This document shows, one piece after another, positions 1-10,300 of a stretch of DNA of 64,000 bases. Origin of the DNA: Azolla caroliniana. Lineage: Eukaryota; Plantae; Polypodiophyta. The notes beneath the pieces were generated by a model that saw nothing but the letters and a program-made list of their open reading frames with translations, was not told the origin of the DNA and did not search any database. Location: NCBI GenBank assembly GCA_043228905.1, contig JBHGNT010000011.1:15810001-15874000 (forward strand), written 5' to 3'. The first letter of the stretch is position 1. Every line of letters begins with the position of its first letter. Made by a program: the position numbers and the translations under genes.

Positions 1-755
1 CGGTTCTTCACGCGCGCAAGCTCCAAGTAGTACGAAGAAGCGAGTTAGGAGGATAATCGGCAGGAACGGGCCCTAACACAAGTGGAGACAAAGACCGCGC
101 GAACAGTCTTTTCGGTCGCGCGCGCGAGCTGAGGGACGGCACGAGTCGGCGGCGTAACTACGCGGATGCGTGAAGAACGGAGCGGATCCCTGTTCGAAAG
201 GGACAGGGAATAAAGCTGACAGGACGGCCTGCTCGTCGGGCTATATAAGAGCAGGAAAGAGCTGTTGCAGAGATATCTCGCGCGGAGAGGACGAAGTGTT
301 GTCGGACCGTTTCTGGACGCTTCTCTCTCTCTGTTTCCCTCCTTCTTGAGCTCCATAGCTTTCTGTGCAGGGTTCCGAGGAGGCTCGCGCTGTTTCGAGG
401 AACGCCCGAGTGCTTCCGGCAGCACCTCCAACCTGCTACCCCCCCCTTTGCCCTGTTTTGTGCGTCGAAGCGAGCAGGCATCGGCATCTGTTCGCCGGCC
501 TGTTCGGTTGTAACCAACCTGTGCCCCATCGAGGGTTGTAGTAGTGTTAGCCATTTTCTTAATATACATATTAAGTCATTCGCATCTGTCTGTGTCGGTG
601 TCTGTTCGCGTTCTCCGTGCTGAAGGGCCGTGTCCCTGTGTATCCCCGGTCCTGCGTAGCCGGTTCTCTCTCTTTCTCCTCCCTCGCTTGCTCTTTGGTT
701 CGAGACCCCCGCGGTCCCGCCTCGATTCCACACGCACTTGCGTAATATCTCGACA
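1..755 (+). repeat. 5' LTR of gypsy element (left-truncated by window)
   Basis: Matches 6530-7284 except 3 substitutions (299, 319, 341); ends TCGACA; TATATAA at 242-248. Confidence 0.95.
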
Positions 756-759
756 TCTT

Positions 760-777
760 TGGTGAACCCGACGTGAA
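760..777 (+). promoter_or_regulatory. Primer binding site, tRNA-Trp
   Basis: TGGTGAACCCGACGTGAA, 4 nt after the LTR end, complementary to the 3' 18 nt of plant cytosolic tRNA-Trp (TTCACGTCGGGTTCACCA, from memory). Confidence 0.88.
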
Positions 778-799
778 AGAGGCGGCAGAAGAGCAGAAG

Positions 800-2926
800 A
801 TGAGGGGGTCGGATCTTGCAGAAGCCATGGCTTCGGCCGTGGATCGGATTGTAAACGCGCGCGAGGGCACCGGTGCCCTCGACAGAGCTATTGAGGCGGT
901 CGTCGGCACGATCGGCCGGTTCGATGGGAGGGATGCCACGAAGTATCTGGCGTCCTACGGTGCAGAGATGCTGATGCGGGACGTTCCGGAAGAAAGGCGT
1001 CTTGCCGGATTTCCCCGAGTGGCAATGCCGAGCATCCATGCGGAGGTGCTCGAGGTGCGGGCGGAGAGCCGTACCTGGGAGGAGTTCGAAGGCCGGCTCC
1101 TAGAGAAATACGGGCTGGACGACGCGCTCCGGCTTTCGAAGCGAAGGTTCATGGAATGGGTGGAGTCCCCGGGGAAGGGAAGAAACGCGTCGGCACTCCT
1201 CCGGGAGTTCGAGGAAAACTTTGCGCGCCTTTCGGCGCTCGACCGAACCATCCTGGACACGAGCCGGGTCTTGCTGTTTGTTAAGTCGGTCGACGAGCGG
1301 GATCGGGAGCAAGTGGGCCTCTTGCTGGAAACCGAAGACGGGCTCACTACCGACTGGGCGGCTGTCAAGAAGGTCTGTGGCCGTTTCGACAAACGGCGAG
1401 AATGGGCGGATAACGGGGTAACCGGGTCGGGCTCGGTCGCAGCAAGGAAGTTCGAACCAGCGCCACAGGTGCGAAAGGAAGAGACCCGAGAGTGGTTGGA
1501 AACCGGTTCGGCTTCGACCGGCGTAGTCAGAGGCTCAACCGGAGGAGCGGCGCTGGAGGAATTGACGAGGGCGGTAAAGGACCTCCAAATCGCGCAAGCC
1601 CGAAGGGAAGGAGGCGAACCGGCTCGTGACCGACGGTCGGCGGCAGGAAACAGGTGCATGTGGTGCGATGAAGTCGGCCACATTCGGAAGGACTGCGGCG
1701 ACTTCGCGGAGGCGCTGAGGAACAGGGTGGTGTACCTGTGGGAAGGACGGGTGCATGCCAGCGACACCCGAAGGGCCCTGAGCCGAAACGACGGAAAGGG
1801 TGGTATGAAAAGGTTGATGGAAGAGGCGGCGGCCCGACACGCGGAAACCGTCCACTACTCGGCGTCGGCCGGCATTCGAGTCGGGGGCGGCGAGGCCCGA
1901 AGGGAAAGCAAAGCCGGATTCTGGCCGACGATGCTGGAAGGCCTTGCCGGTGCAAGGCTTAAAGGGGAGGAATCGGACCGTGCGGAGAAACGGGTACGGG
2001 AGATGACCGGGTGGAGCGACCCGGTCGAGGAAAGGACGGGCTTCGTGGAAGCCGCTTGCCAGAACTACGAGGCTCTGGTAGAAGAGAAGCGGGTGGGGAG
2101 ACCCGGGACGACCGGGCCCTCACAACGATACGAGACCCGGTCCGGGCCACGACGGGACGAAGCCGGCGGGGCCGGTACGCAAGATAAACCCCAGAAGGGC
2201 GGGTACCGTCTGGGGACGGAGATAGAAAGGACCACGGACTTACGAAAGGTCCTGGAGGAGCGGATCCTCGACAGTAAGGTGGAGTTGTCGTTACGAGAGG
2301 TGCTGGGAATCGCCAAGAAGGAGTTCCACGACTCCATCGTGGACTTGGTGAAACGGAAGAGGCTGTCAACGGAGACAGAACCGGAAAGACCGGTGGAAGT
2401 GCGGACGACGCACCTAGACGACATGGCGCTGGGAGACGAGTGGGCGGAAAGCCACTATTCGAGACCACACTGGGCCCGAGCGACCACGGAAACCCCGGTG
2501 AAGATCGGCGATGTCCAGGAACCGGTGATAGCTTTGGTGGACCACGGATCGGAGATCAACTTGATGTCCATGGACTTCTATAAGAAGGGCAAATGGCCGA
2601 TCAACACCAAGCACGGGTGGAAAATAAGGGCGGCAACGCGCGCCACCGAGGAGCTGCACGGGGCCTGTCCGAATGTGCGAGTCAAGATCGGCGACGTCGA
2701 GATTGACCAGCACTTCTTCGTGCAGGAGACGTCTTCGCATCCGGTCATACTGGGAGAGCCGTACATCACGGCGGCGCGGATGGAGACCAAGGTGCTGGAC
2801 AACGGTTCGGCCTACGCGAGGGTCAAAAGCCAAGACGGGCGCCATTCGGTCCAGTTTCTGACGGTAAGGCCGAACCACGAACGTAACCGCGATTCCCTCG
2901 GTTCCGAAACCCGAGAGGATTTTTAG
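800..2926 (+). CDS. gag: Gag-protease polyprotein
   Basis: ORF 773-2926 (first ATG 800); zinc knuckle CMWCDEVGHIRKDC; protease ALVDHGSEINLM and HPVILGEPY. Confidence 0.93.
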   Translation: MRGSDLAEAMASAVDRIVNAREGTGALDRAIEAVVGTIGRFDGRDATKYLASYGAEMLMRDVPEERRLAGFPRVAMPSIHAEVLEVRAESRTWEEFEGRLLEKYGLDDALRLSKRRFMEWVESPGKGRNASALLREFEENFARLSALDRTILDTSRVLLFVKSVDERDREQVGLLLETEDGLTTDWAAVKKVCGRFDKRREWADNGVTGSGSVAARKFEPAPQVRKEETREWLETGSASTGVVRGSTGGAALEELTRAVKDLQIAQARREGGEPARDRRSAAGNRCMWCDEVGHIRKDCGDFAEALRNRVVYLWEGRVHASDTRRALSRNDGKGGMKRLMEEAAARHAETVHYSASAGIRVGGGEARRESKAGFWPTMLEGLAGARLKGEESDRAEKRVREMTGWSDPVEERTGFVEAACQNYEALVEEKRVGRPGTTGPSQRYETRSGPRRDEAGGAGTQDKPQKGGYRLGTEIERTTDLRKVLEERILDSKVELSLREVLGIAKKEFHDSIVDLVKRKRLSTETEPERPVEVRTTHLDDMALGDEWAESHYSRPHWARATTETPVKIGDVQEPVIALVDHGSEINLMSMDFYKKGKWPINTKHGWKIRAATRATEELHGACPNVRVKIGDVEIDQHFFVQETSSHPVILGEPYITAARMETKVLDNGSAYARVKSQDGRHSVQFLTVRPNHERNRDSLGSETREDF

Positions 2927-2960
2927 AGAGGACTGCCAAGGCGTGGGGCCGCGACAGTCC
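2917..2960 (+). promoter_or_regulatory. Predicted -1 ribosomal frameshift signal
   Basis: G_GAT_TTT directly before gag TAG; 6-nt spacer; stem GGACTG(2930-35)/CAGTCC(2955-60); -1 frame open from 2887 into pol. Confidence 0.8.
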
Positions 2961-5900
2961 GGATGCTCGGGAAAAACCCCACATCTGTACGATAAAGCCG
3001 TGTACAATAGGTAGGAAATTCTGCTTCTCCGACAGCGGAGCATGTACGATGGTCGGCATCACTGGCCGAGAGAAAACAAAGACGGAGGGGAGACTTCGGG
3101 CGTGCGGTGTTCTCGGCCCTGACGAAGGAATCAACGGAGCCGTGGAGGCAGTCTCCTTCGACGACACCTTGGGAATGCTGGGGAAGGTAGTCGAAGAAGA
3201 CCTTAACGAAGACCGGACGATACCGGTATGTTCCGAAGAAATGTACGAAGTCATCGCGGACTTCGGTCGAGGGCTGGAGTCGGAACGGACGGCCCGAGTG
3301 AGCACCAAGTACAAGACGGTGGACCGGAAGGTGAGGCCAGTTGCGGCGCCCTTACCGGAGGGCAGTGAATCCCGGATTAAAGGGGTTGCATCGGACCCCA
3401 GCTTACGAGATCGGGCCTGCATAGGACACACCTTCACCAACGAGACGCTCCGCGAGCTGAAGATCGGTGGGGGCGGGTTCCTACTGCCGGCGGAGGAAGA
3501 CCGGTTCCGGAGAATGCTCGGAAGGCACGGGAAAGCCTTCGCATTCTCGCCGGAGGAAATCGGGTGCGCGGACCCGACGATCGTAGAGCCGATGGTGATA
3601 TTCACGGTACCTCATGTACCGTGGAATCTCAAGCCAATTTCGGTTCCGAGAGCTCACATCCCGAAGTTGATGGAGCTGTTGAAGCAGAAAGTTGATATGG
3701 GCATTCTCGAGCCGTCGAGCGCCCCGTATTCAAACCGCTGGTTTACCGTACCAAAGAAAAACGGATCATTGCGCTTCATTCAGGACCTGCAGCCGGTCAA
3801 TAGAGTGACCATTCGGAACGCAGGGATCGGACCGACCATAGACGAGTTCGCGGAGGCCTTCGCCGGAAGGTCGATTTACTCGGTCGGTGATCTATACTCG
3901 GGGTACGACCAGTTCCAGCTAGCCGTGGAAAGCAGAGACATTACGACGATGCGAACTCCCCTCGGCCTAGTGCGGATGTGTACGCTGCCGCAAGGAGGGA
4001 CCAACTCGGTGGCCCACATGGTGAATGCGATGAACAAGGTGCTGAGGGACTGCATCCCGGACATCACCATGCCGTTTCTAGACGACATCCCGATCAAGGG
4101 ATGCCCGGTAGAAGAGAAGGACGAGACGGTCGGGCCGGACGGATGCCGGCGGTTCGTGATGGCGCACATCGACGACTGCGAGAAGGTGCTGCAAAGGCTA
4201 GAGGATGCGAGGCTCACCTTCTCGGGGGAGAAATCAGCCTTCGGGCAGTCGGAAATCATGGTGGTCGGACACTTATGTGGGCCATACGGCCGGAAACCGT
4301 CTCCGGCAAAGGTAGAAGCCATCTCCGCGATGAAGCCCGACTGCAGCTCGGTCACGGAAGTACGAAGATTCCTGGGGGCATGCGCATTCTACCACATATG
4401 GATCCCGCATTACGCCCATGTTGCGGAGCCGCTATACGGATTATTGAGGAAAGGGCAAAGATTCGAATGGCTAGACAAGCACACGGAGTCGGTCCGGAAG
4501 CTGAAGGAGGCTCTTTCGGCGGCACCGGCGCTCCGAAAGGCCGTCTACAGGAAGGGCACCCCAGTGTACATAACGGTTGACACGAGTCCGACCGGAATCG
4601 GGTGGGTCGTCAACCAAGAAGGCGAGGACGGCAATCGGTTTCCGATCCGATTCGGCGCGAAGGTCCTCAGCGAACGGCAGCGAGGATACGCCCAGGTTAA
4701 ACGCGAACTCTGGGGTATCGTTTCGGCGGTGAAGGCCGACAAGGACTATCTGATCGGGACGGAGGTAATCATAGAGACGGATTGCATGCCGATTCTCGGC
4801 ATGGTTTCCGGATGCGCGACGCCGGACCTGGCAATGCTCAGGTGGATAGCGTACATCAAGTCCCTAGACCCGGTAATACGACACATTTCCGGGAAAGACA
4901 ACGCCATGGCCGACATGCTTTCAAGGGCGAGATTCGATGACGAGGGCGGCATGATTTCGGAGGACGAAGAGGTCGGCGTGGACTTCTTCGAGACTGCGTA
5001 TGTAACAACCGACGGAACAAGCACTCCGGCGCTTAACGACTTCGACGCGAGCAAGTACGACGGGGAGTGGCTGCAGATCGGTGGGTTTCTGAAGACAATG
5101 ACGCCCGATGCGTCATGGACGAAGGACGAGGCCAACCGGATCCGGAAGAAAGCGTACCGGTTCTTTCTCCGGGATGGCTATCTATGGAAGCACCCGAAGA
5201 AGAGGGACGGCGCTCCGCTCCGGGTAGTGGCGATGAAGGAAGAACAGCAAGAGCTGCTGATGGCTTACCACGACAGCCCTTGGGCTGGACACCGTGGAAC
5301 ATGGGCTACGTTTGAGAAACTGAAGGGGAAGTATTGGTGGCCGGGGCAGTACCAGGACGTGCATCGGTTCGTGACAACTTGCGAGAGCTGCCAGATGCAC
5401 TCCATAGTCCGACATCGAGACGAGCTTCACCCTACGTACCCTCCGGCCATCCATTTCAAATGGATGGTAGATCTGGTAACGATGCCAATGGGAGTAGGAC
5501 AGATGCGGTACCTGGTCCTAGCGCGGGAGGATCTGACGAACCAGGTGGAAGGCCGGGCCCTTCCGAACAAAACGACCGCGGCCGTATGCCGGTTCCTAAT
5601 CGAGGACGTGATATGCCGGTACGGGTGCGTCGGGAAGATCGTGGCTGACCGAGGGGAGTTGGACGCCGAAGAAGCCGCGGAGCTGTTCGACCGGCTGGGA
5701 GTCAAGCTCTCGCTCACCACTGCGTACAATCCGGAGGCGAATGGAAAGGTGGAGCGAGGACACGGACCGATCGTCAAGGCGTTGGTTCGGGCATGCGGAG
5801 GCCGAGTCGGTGACTGGCCGCGGCTGCTACCTTATGCTTTGTGGGCAGACCGGACCACGCACAGTTCGGTAACCGGGTACATGCCGACAGAGCTCATGTT

Positions 5901-6405
5901 CGGCCAGAAGCCGATCATGCCGATGGAACGGACGATCTCCTCGTGGGCAACGGTCGACTGGAGGGACGAGATGAGCCGGGAGGAGTTGTTGGCCGCGCGC
6001 ATACGACAGCTCGAGCGGAGACCAGAGGACGTGGAACTGGCTACGGAGAGGCTCCGAGTGGCGAGGAAAAAGAACAAAGCCAGGTTCGACCGAACGCACC
6101 GGCTCCGACCGAAGAAAATCGAAGAAGGTGACTGGGTGCTCGTCTACGATAGCAGCCTCGACAACCAGCACCGAGCTACACGGAAGTTCGCACGAAGGTG
6201 GTTCGGGCCTTACGTGGTACAGAGCGCCAATGACAACGGGACATACCACCTGGCGGAACTCGACGGCACGAGAATGACGATACCGGTTGCAGGGAAACGG
6301 ATCAAAGCGTTCAAGAAGCGACACGACGACGAGCCAGACCCGGCTCTCCTGGCCGGCAGTGACGAACGATCCGAAAACGAGGATGAACCGACGGGCGAGG
6401 AATGA
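2917..6405 (+). CDS. pol: Pol (RT, RNase H, integrase with GPY motif), probably reached by frameshift
   Basis: ORF 3049-6405, frame open from 2887; GDLYSGYDQ, LPQG, FLDD; TVDTS, NAMADMLSR; HHCC, WMVDL/ADRG/NGKVER; WFGPY. Confidence 0.95.
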   Translation, partial: GFLERTAKAWGRDSPDAREKPHICTIKPCTIGRKFCFSDSGACTMVGITGREKTKTEGRLRACGVLGPDEGINGAVEAVSFDDTLGMLGKVVEEDLNEDRTIPVCSEEMYEVIADFGRGLESERTARVSTKYKTVDRKVRPVAAPLPEGSESRIKGVASDPSLRDRACIGHTFTNETLRELKIGGGGFLLPAEEDRFRRMLGRHGKAFAFSPEEIGCADPTIVEPMVIFTVPHVPWNLKPISVPRAHIPKLMELLKQKVDMGILEPSSAPYSNRWFTVPKKNGSLRFIQDLQPVNRVTIRNAGIGPTIDEFAEAFAGRSIYSVGDLYSGYDQFQLAVESRDITTMRTPLGLVRMCTLPQGGTNSVAHMVNAMNKVLRDCIPDITMPFLDDIPIKGCPVEEKDETVGPDGCRRFVMAHIDDCEKVLQRLEDARLTFSGEKSAFGQSEIMVVGHLCGPYGRKPSPAKVEAISAMKPDCSSVTEVRRFLGACAFYHIWIPHYAHVAEPLYGLLRKGQRFEWLDKHTESVRKLKEALSAAPALRKAVYRKGTPVYITVDTSPTGIGWVVNQEGEDGNRFPIRFGAKVLSERQRGYAQVKRELWGIVSAVKADKDYLIGTEVIIETDCMPILGMVSGCATPDLAMLRWIAYIKSLDPVIRHISGKDNAMADMLSRARFDDEGGMISEDEEVGVDFFETAYVTTDGTSTPALNDFDASKYDGEWLQIGGFLKTMTPDASWTKDEANRIRKKAYRFFLRDGYLWKHPKKRDGAPLRVVAMKEEQQELLMAYHDSPWAGHRGTWATFEKLKGKYWWPGQYQDVHRFVTTCESCQMHSIVRHRDELHPTYPPAIHFKWMVDLVTMPMGVGQMRYLVLAREDLTNQVEGRALPNKTTAAVCRFLIEDVICRYGCVGKIVADRGELDAEEAAELFDRLGVKLSLTTAYNPEANGKVERGHGPIVKALVRACGGRVGDWPRLLPYALWADRTTHSSVTGYMPTELMFGQKPIMPMERTISSWATVDWRDEMSREELLAARIRQLERRPEDVELATERLRVARKKNKARFDRTHRLRPKKIEEGDWVLVYDSSLDNQHRATRKFARRWFGPYVVQSANDNGTYHLAELDGTRMTIPVAGKRIKAFKKRHDDEPDPALLAGSDERSENEDEPTGEE

Positions 6406-6463
6406 AGACGGGCCGGTTTTCTCAGTCCCAACTCTCTTGGCGCATACCGGAGGATGCGCGGTT

Positions 6464-6476
6464 AGGTGGGGGCGGA
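6464..6476 (+). promoter_or_regulatory. Polypurine tract
   Basis: AGGTGGGGGCGGA directly before TG of the 3' LTR. Confidence 0.8.
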
Positions 6477-7284
6477 TGTCGTGAAGAAAACCGTCCATAG
6501 GCGGAATCAGCGCACCTAGGCGTGGGAACCGGTTCTTCACGCGCGCAAGCTCCAAGTAGTACGAAGAAGCGAGTTAGGAGGATAATCGGCAGGAACGGGC
6601 CCTAACACAAGTGGAGACAAAGACCGCGCGAACAGTCTTTTCGGTCGCGCGCGCGAGCTGAGGGACGGCACGAGTCGGCGGCGTAACTACGCGGATGCGT
6701 GAAGAACGGAGCGGATCCCTGTTCGAAAGGGACAGGGAATAAAGCTGACAGGACGGCCTGCTCGTCGGGCTATATAAGAGCAGGAAAGAGCTGTTGCAGA
6801 GATATCTCGCGCGGAGAGGACGAAGTGCTGTCGGACCGTTTCTGGACACTTCTCTCTCTCTGTTTCCCTGCTTCTTGAGCTCCATAGCTTTCTGTGCAGG
6901 GTTCCGAGGAGGCTCGCGCTGTTTCGAGGAACGCCCGAGTGCTTCCGGCAGCACCTCCAACCTGCTACCCCCCCCTTTGCCCTGTTTTGTGCGTCGAAGC
7001 GAGCAGGCATCGGCATCTGTTCGCCGGCCTGTTCGGTTGTAACCAACCTGTGCCCCATCGAGGGTTGTAGTAGTGTTAGCCATTTTCTTAATATACATAT
7101 TAAGTCATTCGCATCTGTCTGTGTCGGTGTCTGTTCGCGTTCTCCGTGCTGAAGGGCCGTGTCCCTGTGTATCCCCGGTCCTGCGTAGCCGGTTCTCTCT
7201 CTTTCTCCTCCCTCGCTTGCTCTTTGGTTCGAGACCCCCGCGGTCCCGCCTCGATTCCACACGCACTTGCGTAATATCTCGACA
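6477..7284 (+). repeat. 3' LTR of gypsy element (808 bp)
   Basis: TGTCG...CGACA termini; direct repeat of 1-755. Confidence 0.95.
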
Positions 7285-7350
7285 GCGGTAGATCGGCTCT
7301 TCGCTGCTTCGTTGCGTGGTTGCGGAATCCACGCGTTATTGCGTAGTGTC

Positions 7351-10300
7351 TTAAGTACTCCCCCTCAAGCTTGGCAAGTCAAGGATCATCAATCCGAGAT
7401 CGGTCATGACTTGCCATAGCTTGTCGGCTCCTAAGGCTTTAGTGAAGATGTCGGCCATCTGAAGATTGGTGCTAATGTGTTGTAGGTCGACATCGCCAGC
7501 CAGAACGCGTTCTCGGATGAAGTGATAGTGCACTTCGATGTGCTTTGTCCGCACGTGGAACACCGGGTTCCGAGCCAGATAGATATTGCTCATGTTGTCG
7601 CAGTAAAGGGAAGTCGGATCCTTGATGGGTACGCCCAGATCCTTCAAAATCCTCTTGAGCCATACGGCTTCACACGCAACTACGACTGCGCCCTTGTATT
7701 CCGCCTCCGTACTCGAAAGAGCGACGGTGGGCTGCGTCTTGCTACTCCAGGATATTGCTCTGTTGCCGAGGGAGAAAACAAATCCGGAGGTTGATCTTCT
7801 ATCCGCTTTGTAGTCGGCCCAATCGGCGTCTATGTACCCCTCGAGTCGTATTGGCATTGCGGTCTTGTAGAGGATGCCGCAATCCATTGTGCCGCTCACG
7901 TATCGTAGAACTCGCTTAGCGCAATCCAAGTGAGTATCACGCGGTGTTTGCATGAATTGACTAAGGAGACCGACTGGATAACTGAGATCGGGTCGTGTGA
8001 TCGTGAGGTAGATGAAACTCCCGATGAGTTGCCGATACTGAGTCGGCTCACACGCTTTAGTGCCGGAGTTCGCATCTAGTTTGAGATTACGATCGAGCGG
8101 GGTTGCCACGGATTTGCACTCAGCCATCCCGAACTTGTATAACAAGTTGAGGATGTAGTGTCGTTGAGAGATCATGATTCCGGCCGGAGTCCGAATTACC
8201 TCGATGCCGAGGAAGTAGTGGAGCTCCTTCATGTCCGTCATCTCGAATTTGTCGAAAAGGAGGGATTTGACCTTAGTGATTTTGACGAGATGCACACCTC
8301 CAATGACTAGGTCATCCACATATAAGATTATGACGATCGGACTTGCAGAATCACTTCGTATGTAGAGGGAGTTGTCCGATTTTGACATATGGAAGCCGAT
8401 TTGATGAAGATATTGCATTATCTTCGAATGCCAAGCACGCGGTGCTTGCTTGAGGCTGTAGAGTGGCTTCTTGAGTCGGCATACGGTTTTTGGATGAGTG
8501 CTCGAGTTGAAGCCGGGTGGTTGGATCATGTACACTTCCTCTTCTAATTCGCCTTGTAGAAAGGCGTTCTTGACGTCCATTTGACGGACGTGTCACCCTT
8601 TCGCCGCGGCAATCGCAATTACGGTCCGCATCGTCGTCATCTTTACCACCGGGGCAAAGGTCTCTTCGTAGTCGACGCCATGTGTCTGAGTGTATCCTTT
8701 CGCTACGAGTTGAGCTTTGTAGCGGTTTACGGAGCCATCAGCGTTATACTTCACCTTGTAGATCCATCTGCATCCAATCGCCTTTTTGTGTGATGAGGTG
8801 GGAACGAGATCCCACGTCTCGTTCTTCCGTAGTGCCTGCATCTCCTCGTTCATTGCTTCGATCCATCGCGGGTCCTTCGCGGCTTCCGAAAAGATTCCGG
8901 CTCCCGTACTGTCGCAACCTTCATCATAAAGGCGTAATGGTACGCCATATAATCGTTGTAGCTGAATCGGCTTACGGGGTTCTTTTCACGAGTGGATCGG
9001 CGGAGCTTTTCATTTGCAGAGATGAGGGTTTTCTTGGCTCCGATTGGTACCTCGAAACCGCCGAACTCACTTTCGAGTGAGTGAGTCGATTCATCGTCTT
9101 CATATTCCGCCATTTTCGCCTTGCCTTTGTCCATCTTCGGGCTAGGCCATGATGTGCTTTGATCGCTCAAAGGCTCTTGTGGTCCGCTAAGTCGGGTCAT
9201 GATCGGACTTTCTTCGATCATGCGTGTAGGGCGATCTTCATCCTCGATCTCTTGTTCGGCAGATTCCAGGTCGAGCGGAGTCGGAGGCGAAGTTGTCTCT
9301 CGTGCGTACCAGGATGCAGACTCGTCAAAAATGACGTCTCGACTTACTCGAGATTTTCGAGTTGAGGGGTTGTAGCACTTGTACCCCTTTTGTTCGAGTG
9401 AGTATCCTACGAGGATACATTTCTCCGACTTATGGTCAAGCTTTTGACGCTTCTCATCGGGGATGTGCACGTACGCTATCGCGCCGAATATCCGGATGTG
9501 CGATAAGTCTGGGTTCTTTCCGAAGTATTTTTCGTGCGGAGTGACCTCGTGCACGCCGGATGTTGTGCACCGGTTCATTAGGTAGAGGCCGTATTTGCAG
9601 CTTCAGCCCAATATGACTTGGGCATATGCTTCTCATTCATCATGGCCTCCGCTACTTCGAGGATGTACCGATTTTTGCGCTCGGCTACTCCGTTTTGTGC
9701 GGAGTGACCTCGTGCACGCCGGATGTTGTGCACCGGTTCATTAGGTAGAGGCCGTATTTGCAGCTTCAGCCCAATATGACTTGGGCATATGCTTCTCGTT
9801 CATCATGGCCTCCGCTACTTCGAGGATGTACCGATTTTTGCGCTCGGCTACTCCGTTTTGTTGCGGAGTGTGTCGATAAGTGAATTCTCGTCGAATTCCT
9901 TCCTTTCGGAGATACACCATGAAATCGTTCGAGAAGTACTCCTTGCCGCCATCCGATCGAAGACAATATACATGTCGGCCCGTGGCTTTCTCGACTTCAT
10001 TCTTGAATTTTTGGAAGTGTCTGAACACTTCGCTCTTTTGCCGCATCGGATAGATCCAAGTGTGCCTAGAAAAGTCGTCGATGAAGAGCACGTAATATCA
10101 GCATCCGCCGAATGTCGCCGTTTGAGCCGGACCCCATACATCGGAATGAATTACGTCCAGTACGCCTTTGCTCACGTTCCGCTCCTTCGGAAACGGGTGT
10201 CAGTGTTGCTTGCCGAATTGGCACGCTTCGCATACACCTTCAATCTCCTTCTCTTTGAATGTCGGGAGTCTGATGACGACTCCTTTCGATTTCATTGCTT

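Larger units (their letters stand above)
1..7284 (+). mobile_element. Intact Ty3/gypsy LTR retrotransposon without chromodomain; 5' LTR start lies about 53 bp left of the window
   Basis: Near-identical LTRs (1-755 and 6477-7284), PBS, gag-PR ORF, RT-RNaseH-INT ORF in gypsy order, PPT; markedly more GC/CpG-rich than host DNA. Confidence 0.97.

Noticed and set aside
45-7332. Many antisense and alternative-frame ORFs in the gypsy element
   Set aside because: Expected from high GC and codon bias; no motifs.
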